Shown: positions 28,684-39,742 of the stretch, piece after piece
How the letters are laid out: each line of letters opens with the position of its first letter
Position numbering within the stretch: the first letter of the stretch is position 1
Source: the human T2T-CHM13v2.0 reference genome, Homo sapiens
Length of the DNA stretch: 64,000 nt
NCBI RefSeq assembly: GCF_009914755.1
Contig: NC_060935.1
Strand: one strand, 5' to 3'
Notes under the pieces: model-generated
Database searches by the model: none
What the model was told of the DNA's origin: nothing
The model's input: the letters and a program-made list of their open reading frames with translations, nothing else
Position numbers and translations under genes: made by a program

Positions 28684-28998
28684 GGCCAGGCACGGTGGCT
28701 CACACCTGTAGTCCCAGCACTTTGGGATGCTGAGGTGGGTGGATCACTTGAGGTCAGGAGTTCAAGACTGGCCTGGCCATCATAGTGAAACCCCATCTCT
28801 ACTAAGTATATAAAATTAGCCAGGCATGGTGGGTGTCATGCGCTTATAATCCCAGTTACTCGTGAGGCTGAGGCAGGAGAATCACTTGAACCCAGGAGGT
28901 GGAGGTTGCAGTGAGCCAAGATCGTGCAGTAGCCAAGATTGTGCCACTGCACTCCAGCCTGGGAGACAGAGTGAGACTCCATCTCAAAAAAAAAAAAG
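28684..28998 (+). mobile_element. AluS-type SINE with an ~18-bp internal duplication
   Basis: TSD GAGGTCAGGCTG; TGCAGT(G)AGCCAAGAT(C/T)G repeated at 28907-28941. Confidence 0.92.
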
Positions 28999-29138
28999 AG
29001 GTCAGGCTGGAGGCATTGGAAGCTGTCCTCAGGGACTCATGAGTCAGTAAGGGGTCTCCAAGTGAGCATGAAACAGTGAGGCCTGAACCCCAAGAAGCAC
29101 CTACAGGGAGAGAAGGACAGGAAACAATAAAGGAACTG

Positions 29139-29270
29139 AGCCAGGTGCAGTGGCACATGCTGCAATCCCAGCTACTCAGAGGCTTAGGTGGCAGGATCGC
29201 TTGAGCCTAAGAGTTCAAGACCAGCCTGGGCAGCATAGCAAGACCTTATGTCTAAAAATAAAAATAAAGA
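29139..29270 (+). mobile_element. FLAM-type Alu monomer
   Basis: Single arm plus A tail, flanked by ATAAAG(G/A)AACTGA. Confidence 0.8.
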
Positions 29271-29685
29271 AACTGAGATGCACCATCAGCCTGGGCAAGT
29301 CTTAAAGGAAGAAGACAGAGTGCTTATTTTTTTAATAGATAATACAGAACAAATGCTACAAAGTAGGAAGGAGTAAACAATAAAAAGTAAATCTCCCTCT
29401 CCACAAGCATCTATTCCCCTTCCTGGAAGCTCCCAGTGTTACTGGTTATATTGTGTCTTTCCAGATATATTCTATACATTCTCTACTGAACTTTGCTTTT
29501 TTCCCCTTATTTATATATCCTTCTCATGGTTCCATATCAGTATATGTAGAGGTTCCCTAATTTTAAAAATAGGTACAAGATTGTACGGATACACCATAAT
29601 TTATTTAGCCAGGCTGCAACTGATAAACATTTGGATTGTTTCTGATATATCTTGCTGTTATGAACCATGCTTTCATGAATGCTCA

Positions 29686-30002
29686 TTTTGTTTGTTGGTT
29701 TTTTAGAGACAGGGTCTCGCTCTGTCACTCAGGCTGGAGCATAGTGGCATGGTCATAGCTCGCTGCAGCCTCAAACTCCTGGGTTCAAGAGATCTTCCTT
29801 CTTAGCCTCCTGAGTAGCTGGGACTACAGGCACATGCCACTACGCCCAGCTAATTTACTAAATTATTACATTTTTATTTTTTGCAGAGACAGGGTCTCCC
29901 TATGTTGCCCAGGCTGGTCTCGAGCTCCTGGACTCAAGCCATCCCCCCTACTTTCACCTCCCAAAGAGCTGGGTTTACAGATATGAGTCACCATGCCTGG
30001 CC
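29686..30002 (-). mobile_element. AluJ-type SINE
   Basis: Diverged dimer; GGGTCTCGCTCTGTC, CATAGCTCGCTGCAGCCTC. Confidence 0.9.
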
Positions 30003-31064
30003 AATCTCAAAGAATATGCACATTTTTATATTAATATATATTATTAGCTCCTCCACCACCCTGGGTTGGTACTGACTTACCCTCCCACTAGCCATGCCTG
30101 CATATATACCAGGCACGAATATACCTGTTTGCCTGAGACCTGGCCAGCAGTATATGAGCTCAAACTTTGCTTCTGCCAATCTGATAGGCGAAAAATGGTA
30201 TCCGGTAGGAAATTTAATTTGCATCTGGAGGAGGGGATTTTTTTGGAAGTGAAAGAACACCAAGTCACAAGTGTCAGCTGCTTGAGTGCCTTTGCTGGTC
30301 CAGACAGCACCTCTGAGTGAATTAGTTAAAGGTACTCCTCCTCAAGACACTTGGCTGCCATCTGCTAGAAGGCTGTCGTGATAACTAAACAAATATGTAA
30401 TGACTTTGAGGTGAAGAGCACCCCTGGAGTTGTACAAAACACAGCCTGCTTCTCCACAGGCAGCTGTGGAGCTACTGGCAGTCTTGATAGAACAGCAGTT
30501 TCTAGGTAGTGACCAGATTGCCTGGAATTAGTACAGTCGAAGCGGCACGTACAGGACAAGAATTCAAGATGCTTGACAGTGGAGCACAAGGGCATTAGCT
30601 TGAGGGACAGCCAGAATAAATGGAAACTTCATTATCCATGGATTATGCACTTGGAACTTAGGTCCTAGGCAACTCTGATATTAGTAATTTGGCCAGCAGG
30701 CTCATTAAGCTCTTAAGAAAAGTGGGCCTAGTTAATGAATTAACACAAGATGACATTTTACACACAGCAAAAACGAGAGCAGGCACCACTGAGTTATGCA
30801 ACATCATAATTTCTCAGGCAAATGTGATCGCTGCGTCTCGCCTGCCAAAGTGAAGAGAGGTCTGAAGAGAGCCTGCTTTCGGAGACATAAGTGAGCCCAT
30901 TAAGTTCCACAGGCATTTTATATCCCATGCATTTTAAAGGGCTCCCACTTGTATTCTTAAAACCTCACGTGTTTACACAGAAGTCAGCGTTTTAAAATCT
31001 CTGGACCATTTGTTTTCTGTGTGACAGTTTACCCACTTTCCTCCTTTAAGAAATACATTTCACT

Positions 31065-31382
31065 GGCCAGGAGTGGTGACTCACGCCTGTAATCCCAACA
31101 CTTTGGAAGGCAGAGATGGATAGATTACTTGAGCCCAGGAGTTCAAGACCAGCCTGGGCAACATAGGGAGACTCCGTCTTTACAAAATATGCAAACATTA
31201 GCTAGGTTGTGTGACGCACCCTTGTAGTCCCAGCCACTGAGACGGGAAGGTGGCTCGAGCCCAGGAGGTTGAAGCTGTTGAACCAAGATCGCGCCACTGC
31301 ACTCCAGCTTGGGCAACAGAGTGATACCTTGTCTCAAAAAATACATATTAAACATTAAAAAGGAATAAAAAATAAAAAAAAA
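31065..31382 (+). mobile_element. AluJ-type SINE
   Basis: TSD AAATACAT(T/C)TCACT. Confidence 0.9.
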
Positions 31383-31534
31383 TACATCTCACTGGAATGG
31401 AACTCAGTCTGTTCATATCTTCTCCCCAGCCCCATCCCCCAGAGGTGGCTCCCCCAGCTTTCTACCCCCAGTTGCGAGAAGTTGGTGAGGATAATGGTAA
31501 GAACAGCAACACTAAAATCTAGTGTTCATTAGTG

Positions 31535-31690
31535 AGGGATGATGAAAAATTCTGGAGCTGGATAGTGGTGATGGATGCACTATAACATGTGTGAACGTTA
31601 ATAATGTGTATGAATGTTAAGCGCCACTGAACTGTGCACTTTAAAATGGTTACAGTGGTAAATTTTATGTTATGTCTATTTTATCATTAT
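31535..31690 (+). mobile_element. L1M extreme 3'-end fragment
   Basis: GGATAGTGGTGATGG...GCCACTGAACTGTGCACTTTAAAATGGTT...AAATTTTATGTTATG. Confidence 0.8.
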
Positions 31691-33229
31691 TATATAATTA
31701 TATATTATATAATTATATAATAATAATTATTATTTTGTTGTAGTGGTGGTTGTTACAAGAAAGAACTAGCATGACTGAGGCAAACCCTTGCCAGGCACTG
31801 TGCTCAGCACTTGTGTATATGTTATACTCTACCATCTGGATAGTCCAGGGAGACACGGATACTGTTGTTTACCCAGGACCACCACCATTTCACAGACGAG
31901 GAGGGTGAGGCTTCTAAGAGTTAAGTGACTCACTTGAGCTCAAACAGCTAGAAGCAGTGGCTCCAGGATTCCCCCAAGGCTCCTAACTCTACAGCTCTCC
32001 CTGCTAGATAATAAAATAAAGAAGTTATTTTAGTTTAAGCCAGAATTCTGAAACATACACATACACAAGCCTCCACCCAGCTTCTAATTGTCTCACTGAG
32101 AACAGACAAAACTCCAGTAGAATCCTTGAATGACAGCTAATTGTCTCCAGAAAAAATCCAAAATTGCCTCCCTCCCTTAATTGTAGTGCAGCATGATTCT
32201 GTTTTTCTGCTGGGCCCCTATTTGCTTCTTTCTGTGCAATGAATCATTGAAAGAGTGACCACCACGGACTTGGAGAATCTTTGTAGCTTTTAGTCTGTGT
32301 TTGGGTGTGGCTGGAGAGACAAATTAACACACAGAGCCGGACCTTGAAGGGGAAGGTCCTCATTTGTCTCAGATTGGGATCATTTGGGGAATCAGAAAAT
32401 GTTTATATCAGAAAAGAAGAGAAGTCAATGTGTTTCGCAGGTTTGTGGTTTTTTGAAGGAGAAACATCTAGATTCTAGTCCTGTTCCTCTGCCTCCTTCT
32501 TAGGTGATGTTAGACAAAATAATTCACCTCTCTGAGTCAATTTGCTTATCTGAAAAATAGCAATAACAACAGCACTCATTTTACTAGGGCATGTGAATAA
32601 ACAGATTTTTTTCCCATTGAGTGGCAGGTATTTATTGAGTGCCTACTATGTGCCAGGCACCATCCTACTCTCTGGGGATACAGCAGTGAACAAAACAGAC
32701 GCACACCTAGTGATGAGGGATGGAGTAAAGCCCTTAGCCGATGCCAGGACAGAGGACATGAGTCACCTGTAGTCGCTGCCACTGCTGCTATTTCATGGCT
32801 ACATTTTGACCCCTGTGGACCCACTGAAACCTCCTCACTGCCTCACAGGCAGAACAAGGACAGGGTCTTGGCCACCAAGTTTACTCACTTGAGCTGCATT
32901 TAGATTATTCTTCCAGCTAGGCCATGACAGTAGGTAGTGGCAGCTCTCTGTAAAGATGAGGGGTCCCCAGCTCGGACCCCTGGTTTCCTCCACCTGCCTG
33001 GACCTTACAGTGGTAGCCAGGTGTGTCCTGCTGACTGGGAAGCTCCTTACCTGGGTGCTTGAAGTATGGCTCCTTAGCATGTGTGGAGAGAAGGCTATTA
33101 TGATAGCAACCTGCAGGGGTGGGATGTGTACCAGACCTTCACCCTGGAACTCCCGAGGAAGTGCCTGCAGATTGCCTGGCAGGTCTTATTCGGGTGATGT
33201 AGAGCAGAACGCTGGGGCCAGGTTCTGAA

Positions 33230-33400
33230 GTCAGACCCCTGGACTCAACTCACGCACAACTCCTTACCTCCAAACTGTGTGGCCTTGGTCAGGGGAACTG
33301 ACTTCTCTGAGCTTCATTTTCTTCATCTTAAAAAAAAAAGGAGAATCACACCACCTACCCCATGGAGTTGTTATGAGGCAGAGAGATGTGATATAAAGCA
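33230..33400 (+). mobile_element. MIR
   Basis: CTGTGTGGCCTTGG...CTTCTCTGAGCTTCATTTTCTTCATCT core. Confidence 0.65.
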
Positions 33401-33407
33401 TGTACTT

Positions 33408-33720
<313 letters not shown>

Positions 33721-34129
33721 GAATCATGTACTTGTATGTACCGAACACATGCACTTACAGAGCATAACGTATAGCTATGTTCAGGGGCCTGATGAGTATT
33801 GACTCATTTCAGGCTCACAGAAGCCCCAAGAACTGGGCACTATTACATCTCCATTTTGCAGCCCAGAGAGGGTAACACTTCCAAAGGGCACACAGCAAGC
33901 AAGTTTTGAGGGGCTGGGATTTGAGCCCAGGAGTTCCTGCTGTTAGCCTGGGCTGTGCTGGCTCTCCATCCCAAAAGCTCCATGTGAAGCCTGGCTTGAA
34001 ATAAATGATTTGCAGGTATGAGGACCCCAGAGGTACTACCTGTGTTCCTGAGGTGTGTTATACATTTCTACTAAAGAACGGATTTCTGCTACAAGAACTC
34101 TCACTCCTGTTCCCTGGATAGCATATGAT

Positions 34130-34630
34130 ACTTTTTAAAACAACTTAATTGAGATATTATTTGCAGTACTTAAAATTTGCCCATTTTAAGTTTACAGTTC
34201 AGTGATTTTGCGGGGGGGAAATTTACCAATTTGTGCAACCATCACCATAAACCAGTTTCGGGACATTCCCGTCACCCCAACAAGATTCCTCATACCCATT
34301 GACTGTTAATCCCCATTCTCTTTCCCACTCCAGGCAACCACTAATCTACTTTCTGTCTCTGTAAAATTGCCTTTCCTGGAAATTTTGTATATACAGAATC
34401 TTACAATATGTGATCTTTTGTGTCTGGCTTAGTTCACTGCATCATGTTTTTGAGGTCCATCCATGCAGTAGCATGTATCAGTATTTATTAACTTTTTATG
34501 GCTGAATAATATTCCTTTGGGTGGATGTACCACGTTTTGTTTATCCGTTCATCGGTTGGTGGACATTTGGGCGGTTTCCACTTTTTGGCTATTGTGAATA
34601 GGGCTACTGTGAACATTCGCATGCAAGTTC
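34130..34630 (-). mobile_element. L1MB-like 3'UTR remnant, antisense, ending ~80 nt before the exon
   Basis: TTGTGCAACCATCACCA, CAGGCAACCACTAATCTACTTTCTGTCTCT, TTTTATGGCTGAATAATATTCC, TTCCACTTTTTGGCTATTGTGAATA. Confidence 0.88.
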
Positions 34631-34707
34631 TGGGGCTGATGTTGAAACACAAAGATTAGCCAAACTGGTAACCTTCTCTCTTTTCTCTCCTCTCTTGGGT
34701 TTCTCAG

Positions 34708-35053
34708 AACCCGGCAGTGGGCAGGTGTTTGTGACTTCAGAGAACCAACTTGTGTATTACCCCAGCATCACCTATGCCATCATCGGCAGCTCCGTCATTT
34801 TTGTGCTGGTGGTGGCCCTGCTGGCACTGGTCTTGCACCACCAGCGGAAGCGGAACAACCTCATGACGCTGCCCGTGCACCGGCTGCAGCACCCTGTGCT
34901 GCTGTCCCGCCTGGTGGTCCTGGACCACCCCCACCACTGCAACGTCACCTACAACGTCAATAATGGCATCCAGTATGTGGCCAGCCAGGCGGAGCAGAAT
35001 GCGTCGGAAGTAGGCTCCCCACCCTCCTACTCCGAGGCCTTGCTGGACCAGAG
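34708..35053 (+). CDS. LDLRAD3: LDLRAD3 penultimate coding exon (346 nt): juxtamembrane segment, transmembrane helix, cytoplasmic PPSY motif
   Basis: Polypyrimidine tract plus TTCTCAG| acceptor ending at 34707 and AG|GTGTGT donor at 35054. Translation [49 protein letters not shown]...[14 protein letters not shown] has a hydrophobic helix followed by a basic stop-transfer segment; GC3- and CpG-rich. Peptide recognised from memory as LDLRAD3. Enters in phase 1, exits in phase 2. Confidence 0.96.
34708..35053 (+). ncRNA. Single-exon circular RNA circ-LDLRAD3 (346 nt)
   Basis: Exon length computed here matches my recollection of a reported 346-nt circ-LDLRAD3 (not verified against a database); an inverted repeat flanks the exon in this sequence. 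Confidence 0.7.
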
Positions 35054-35169
35054 GTGTGTGCTGGATGGAAGAGATTGAGGCGGGAGAGGTCATCCATTGC
35101 GGGGAGGGGAATAGGTGCACACACTGAGGTTCTTAGGTCTTGCCAAGAGCCTGGCTTCAGCTGCTATAG

Positions 35170-35395
35170 GCAGTGGCAGCATCTGACATTTGCCGAGTCC
35201 TCGCAAAATTCTCTACATGTATCACCTCATTTAATCCTCTTAGCACCTCGCTGAGGGAGGAAACTGATAGGAATGTTCCAAAACTGGATTATGGTGATAG
35301 TTGCACAAATCAGGAAATTTCCAAATTCTACAGATGAGGAAACTGAGGCTCTGGGATGTTAAATGACTTGTCTGAGGAACATACAGTTAGGATCC
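35170..35395 (-). mobile_element. MIR interrupted by a 58-bp L1 3'UTR fragment (35265-35322)
   Basis: CTCATTTAATCCTC ... TACAGATGAGGAAACTGAGGCT; the insert is the reverse complement of 34217-34274. Confidence 0.8.
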
Positions 35396-36009
35396 TGGCC
35401 TGCTCCTCCTGGGAATGTCACGCTGGTCCATGTTCTGGCCACAGACTAGCTCTGAGCCTCACCTGCTACTGCAGAGCAGTGCCCAGTACATGTGAGAGGT
35501 TTGGTTAATATCTGTCAAATGAATGGATAAATGAAGAAGTGAATGAATGAGAGAATCAGTGAGTTCCTTAACTTTGCTTGGCTTCATCTATAAAATAAAG
35601 GAGGTGGAAAGGAGCACTTTCAAGCTTTTTTAAGCAGTACCACATTGCAAATGGAATTGTACAAGAACTCCCAGTATGTATAAAGCCAGGAAGCAGAGTT
35701 CTGTAGTTGAAGCAAGCAGTGGGCCCGTTTCCTGATCAGCATCCCTCTTCCTCAAGCTCTGCCGTGTATGGCATTAGACATTTTGCTGGCCGTGTTCTGA
35801 TGGTGACTGGGCTCTTCCTTGGACCCTCTTCCATGGCAGCTCTTACATTATTGAATCTTCGTTTTCCTTCCTCATAGAAGGTGAATAAAGTTTCAGAGGT
35901 CAGGGGAGAGGATGGCGCTTAAGGATCTCTTTGCAAATAAGTGTAAGAATTCAGGACCTTCCTCACCTAATAAAGTTCCCACTCATAACCTCTTCATTTG
36001 GACCACCCA

Positions 36010-36270
36010 GCATAGGGTAAGGTTAAAATTGCTGAATCTGGAAACAGAATGCGTGGGTTCAAATCCCAGCATTGCTGTTTACCAGTTATTTCTGATGCTG
36101 GGCCAGACATTGAATGTCCCTGTGCCTCAGTTTCCTCACCAGAGCAACAGGCATGAAAGTAATGCCCACCTCCCAGCATTCTTGTGAGCATTAAATAAGG
36201 TAAGGAATGTAAGGGGCATGGCAAAGTGCCTGGCTCATGAGAAGCCTTCAGTAAATGAGAGCTAGAAAAT
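36010..36270 (+). mobile_element. MIR
   Basis: GGGTTCAAATCCCAGC ... CTGTGCCTCAGTTTCCTCA ... AGTGCCTGGC. Confidence 0.75.
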
Positions 36271-36782
36271 AAAATGTCTTTTCTGTTAAATTCATTCCTT
36301 TTAAGCCCCTTCTGCCGATACAGACCGAGGTGTTGAGAGGATGTCCTCTCACCCCAGTTCATAGCCAGGAAGAGTTGGCTTTCAATAGAAATGCCAATTC
36401 CATGTTCCCATCAGAGGCCCAGTCAAGATACCAGCCCAGCCTCTTGGCCACAGGGCTTTTGGCTGATGGAGCAGAGTGGCAATGCCAAACCACCCAGGTT
36501 GAGCCGAGGGACTTGGTGGGCGACCTCATTCTGGTTCTACCCAGAGGATGTGGTTTTGGCACCGTCCGGTCAACACCAACCAGCCAGAACACACTGGCCT
36601 TTTCTGTTCCGATGTGGTTCCTGGTCCTTGAATTAATTGTCTTTGTACTTGGAGGGAAAAATCTCATTTCGCACTGGAAACACTGTCTCAGAAATGGGCT
36701 GAAGTTGGCTTATCTTGGCCCTAATGTGTTCTCTTCTCTTCCTGTCTCCATTGCCCCTGCCCCCCTGCTGTCCCCATCACAG

Positions 36783-37020
36783 GCCTGCGTGGTATGACCT
36801 TCCTCCACCGCCCTACTCTTCTGACACGGAATCTCTGAACCAAGCCGACCTGCCCCCCTACCGCTCCCGGTCCGGGAGTGCCAACAGTGCCAGCTCCCAG
36901 GCAGCCAGCAGCCTCCTGAGCGTGGAAGACACCAGCCACAGCCCGGGGCAGCCTGGCCCCCAGGAGGGCACTGCTGAGCCCAGGGACTCTGAGCCCAGCC
37001 AGGGCACTGAAGAAGTATAA
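36783..37020 (+). CDS. LDLRAD3: LDLRAD3 last coding exon: cytoplasmic tail with PPPY and LPPY motifs, ending ...SQGTEEV*
   Basis: CTAAT branch-like site at 36721, long pyrimidine tract, CACAG| acceptor. AG|G completes an Arg codon in phase with the previous exon. Reads [32 protein letters not shown]...TEEV, with TAA at 37018-37020. Confidence 0.96.
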
Positions 37021-38914
37021 GTCCCAGTTATTCCAAAGTCCATATGGGTTAATCTGCTCTGACTTGTTGCCATTCTAACAATTTGTGCTCATGGGAAGCT
37101 CTTTAAGCACCTGTAAGGATGTCTCAAGTTACAGTTTGGGATATTAACTATCTCTGCATTCCCCTCCTCCCCCAGACTTCAGAGATGTTTTTCTGGCGTC
37201 TCAGTTGACATGATCTGTTGTGCGTCTTTTCTGTCAGGTCACTCTTCCCTTGGGACCCGAGATCACACCCTCATTTTTCACATTATTCTGTTTCTGTTGG
37301 AGAGACAGCATATAAAACAGTATTGAAATAGGCTGGGAGAGAGCAATGTTTCTGTGCTATATTGGATGCTCAGAAGTGCAGGAGACGCTGGACCCAATTC
37401 TCTCTGCTGGGTAGTTACCTTATAGCATTTGGGGATTTGGGTTAGATGATCTAACCAGGAGGCCATCACTGGATGGTCACCCCCCCAAAAAAATTCCATT
37501 TGAGCATCAAAACCTGCTTTGCACAATCCTATTTGATGCCCCCAGTTCAGCAGAGTCAGTGGCCAAAGAAAACTTTGGACGTGAGTAACACCCTTCAGCA
37601 GTCGCAACGTTATTTTGGTTTTGTGAAGGACTCTGAAACCATCTACCCTGTATAAATTCTGGCTTTAGAAATTTGCCCAAGAATGCTCATTCTGAGAGCT
37701 TTCCTCAGCAGCATATATCATCAGCCTCATCCTAAAATAGGCAGGGAGCCCCTCCCATGAGTTTATCCAAGTTCTCAGCTCCTAAAATGCAGGCTGCCAA
37801 GACCCTACACCTGCCCTGGCTCTACAGCCACTTACCTGGTTTCTGGACTGTCACCCTCCCAGCTGACCTGCCCGTAGCCAAGGAATGAGGACCTAACTTG
37901 AGTTGGCCCAAAGTCTGACCTGGCTGTATGTCCCTGTGGCCCACACCCAGCCTGTCTTGCTCATTCATGCAGCCTCAACACTGGCCTCCAAAGTTCCCTT
38001 AACACTTGCAAAGTCCTTTTTACCTGTGCATTTGGACTTGAGGACACTGGTTTCTATCACAGGTGAGAGCCATGTTCAATACCTCCAGCAAGCTCTCCTG
38101 GCTCCCTGCACTGTGCACGCTCCTCTTCCCAAGGTCCCAATACCAGCACCTCTAGTTAGAGTTAGGGTCAGGGTCAGGCCTCTCCCAACATCCCAGTAGT
38201 TTCTCCTCTGAGACACATGGGCAAGAGACAATTTGGAGTCAAGATTTTCCATTTGGATCTATTTTAAATCTTTTAGAAATGCATTTGAAACAGTGTGTTT
38301 GTTTTTTCCCTTCTAGTTAAGGGACTATTTATATGTGTATAGGAAAGCTGTCTCTTTTTTTGTTTTTCCTTTAACAAGGTCCAAAGAAAGATGCAAAAGG
38401 AGATCACACCCTTGCCCCGCTGAGCCCCGTGATAACAAGTCACTCCAGACTAACCTGTGTGCCAGACATTTGTGCATTGTTGCACTTTGAGGTTATTATT
38501 TATCAAGTTCTTGAAGGAAGCAGAAAGAGGGACTCCTCTCTCCCTCCGTGTATAGTCTCTATGTTTGTGCTAGTTTTTCTTTTTTTTCTCTGTGTCCAGT
38601 CAGCCACAGGGCCCGCCTCCCTGCAGGAATAAGGGGTAAAACGTTAGGTGTTGTTTGGCAAGAAACCACACTGACTGATGAGGGGTAAAATGGAACCAGG
38701 TAGAGCCACTCCGGGCAGCTGTCACCCATTCAGAACTTCTTTCCGCAGCTGAAGAAATGTTCAGTAACCTGTTTGACGCTAATTAAAACAGAGCCTGCAG
38801 GAAGTGGGGCTAAAGTGGCATTCAGTGATCCTGTTCTGTAGACTTTTCTTTCTTTTTTTAACCAAATCCAAAGGATGTTACAGAAAAGCTAGCCACTGGT
38901 ATTTTGTTTTGTTT

Positions 38915-38947
38915 AAAAAAAAAAAGAAAGAAAGAAAGAAAGAAAAA
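38915..38947 (+). repeat. A-run plus (GAAA)n microsatellite in the 3'UTR
   Basis: AAAAAAAAAAAGAAAGAAAGAAAGAAAGAAAAA. Confidence 0.9.
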
Positions 38948-39016
38948 CGGAAAGGAACCTAGCTGCCTGTATCTTTCATTTTTAAAATAGCACTTGAGTT
39001 ATTTTCTGAGTAATCC

Positions 39017-39022
39017 AATAAA
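39017..39022 (+). terminator. Candidate proximal polyadenylation signal
   Basis: AATAAA with TGTA at ~38968 upstream and TGTGTT ~25 nt downstream; use is not shown by sequence. Confidence 0.4.
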
Positions 39023-39736
39023 GAACTTTTGATGACAGCCAGAATGTGTTAGAACTCTGGCTGAACATTTCATCTCCTGTGAGTCAGAAGGGCTTTATTT
39101 CTCCCTTTGATGGGGCCCCTTCTTCTTTCTGGTGCTCTGGAAGTTGTTTAGAGGAAAGAATTCTAATTTTAATTAATTGCGCAGTGAGTTAATCTCACTC
39201 GCTTTTCTGCTTCCAGGCATCTTAGGAAAAACAAATGGTTTTAGTAGATAAGGGATGCCTACTAATGCTTTTTTAAAACAAACAGGGACATTTTTATTAT
39301 AGATTTGATTTTTTTAATGAATGTTTTTAAAAATATATAAATAGGACACCAAAGCGGCAGGGTTTTTTTTGGGGGGAGGGGGTTTGTTTTCCAACTCAAG
39401 ATGGCACATTAGTGGCCAGCAATATTTTTTAACTCATTCCAACCAGGAAGCTTTTTTATACATTGCCTAAATCTACGCCAACCAGAAAATAGTCTCATCT
39501 CTTTTTTTCTCAAATGAGATCCGTGTTTTATTTTAGCATTAAATTAGTTACACTGTGATGACTGGCCTATTACCTGACTCAGCTCCCTCTACCTTGAAAT
39601 TGACATTTTTAAAAAATGCAACTAAGTGGTTAATAGTGTGTGACGCTCAAAGTTAATGTAAACTGGAAAGGTTGTGTGTCGTTGCTTTTTGTGTTTTGGT
39701 TAGGCTTGGTTTTGTTTTTTAATTTTTATACTTTCT

Positions 39737-39742
39737 AATAAA
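39737..39742 (+). terminator. Distal, probably main, polyadenylation signal
   Basis: AATAAA with TGTA at 39657-39660, a U-rich tract upstream and a U/GU-rich element (TCTTTCTGTTTGTG) downstream. Confidence 0.8.

Larger units (their letters stand above)
35054..36782 (+). other. LDLRAD3: LDLRAD3 last intron (1729 nt, GT-AG)
   Basis: GT at 35054, AG at 36781-36782; flanking exons are phase-compatible. Confidence 0.93.

Noticed and set aside
34695-35078. ORF-track boundaries of the two LDLRAD3 ORFs (also 36715-37020)
   Set aside because: The apparent starts and extensions lie in introns; true limits are set by the splice sites.
34737-35120. 127-aa minus-strand ORF
   Set aside because: Antisense shadow of the GC3-rich LDLRAD3 exon; no independent gene signals.
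36330-36797. 155-aa intronic ORF overlapping the last acceptor
   Set aside because: Non-ATG start, out of frame with the exon, no coding-like composition.
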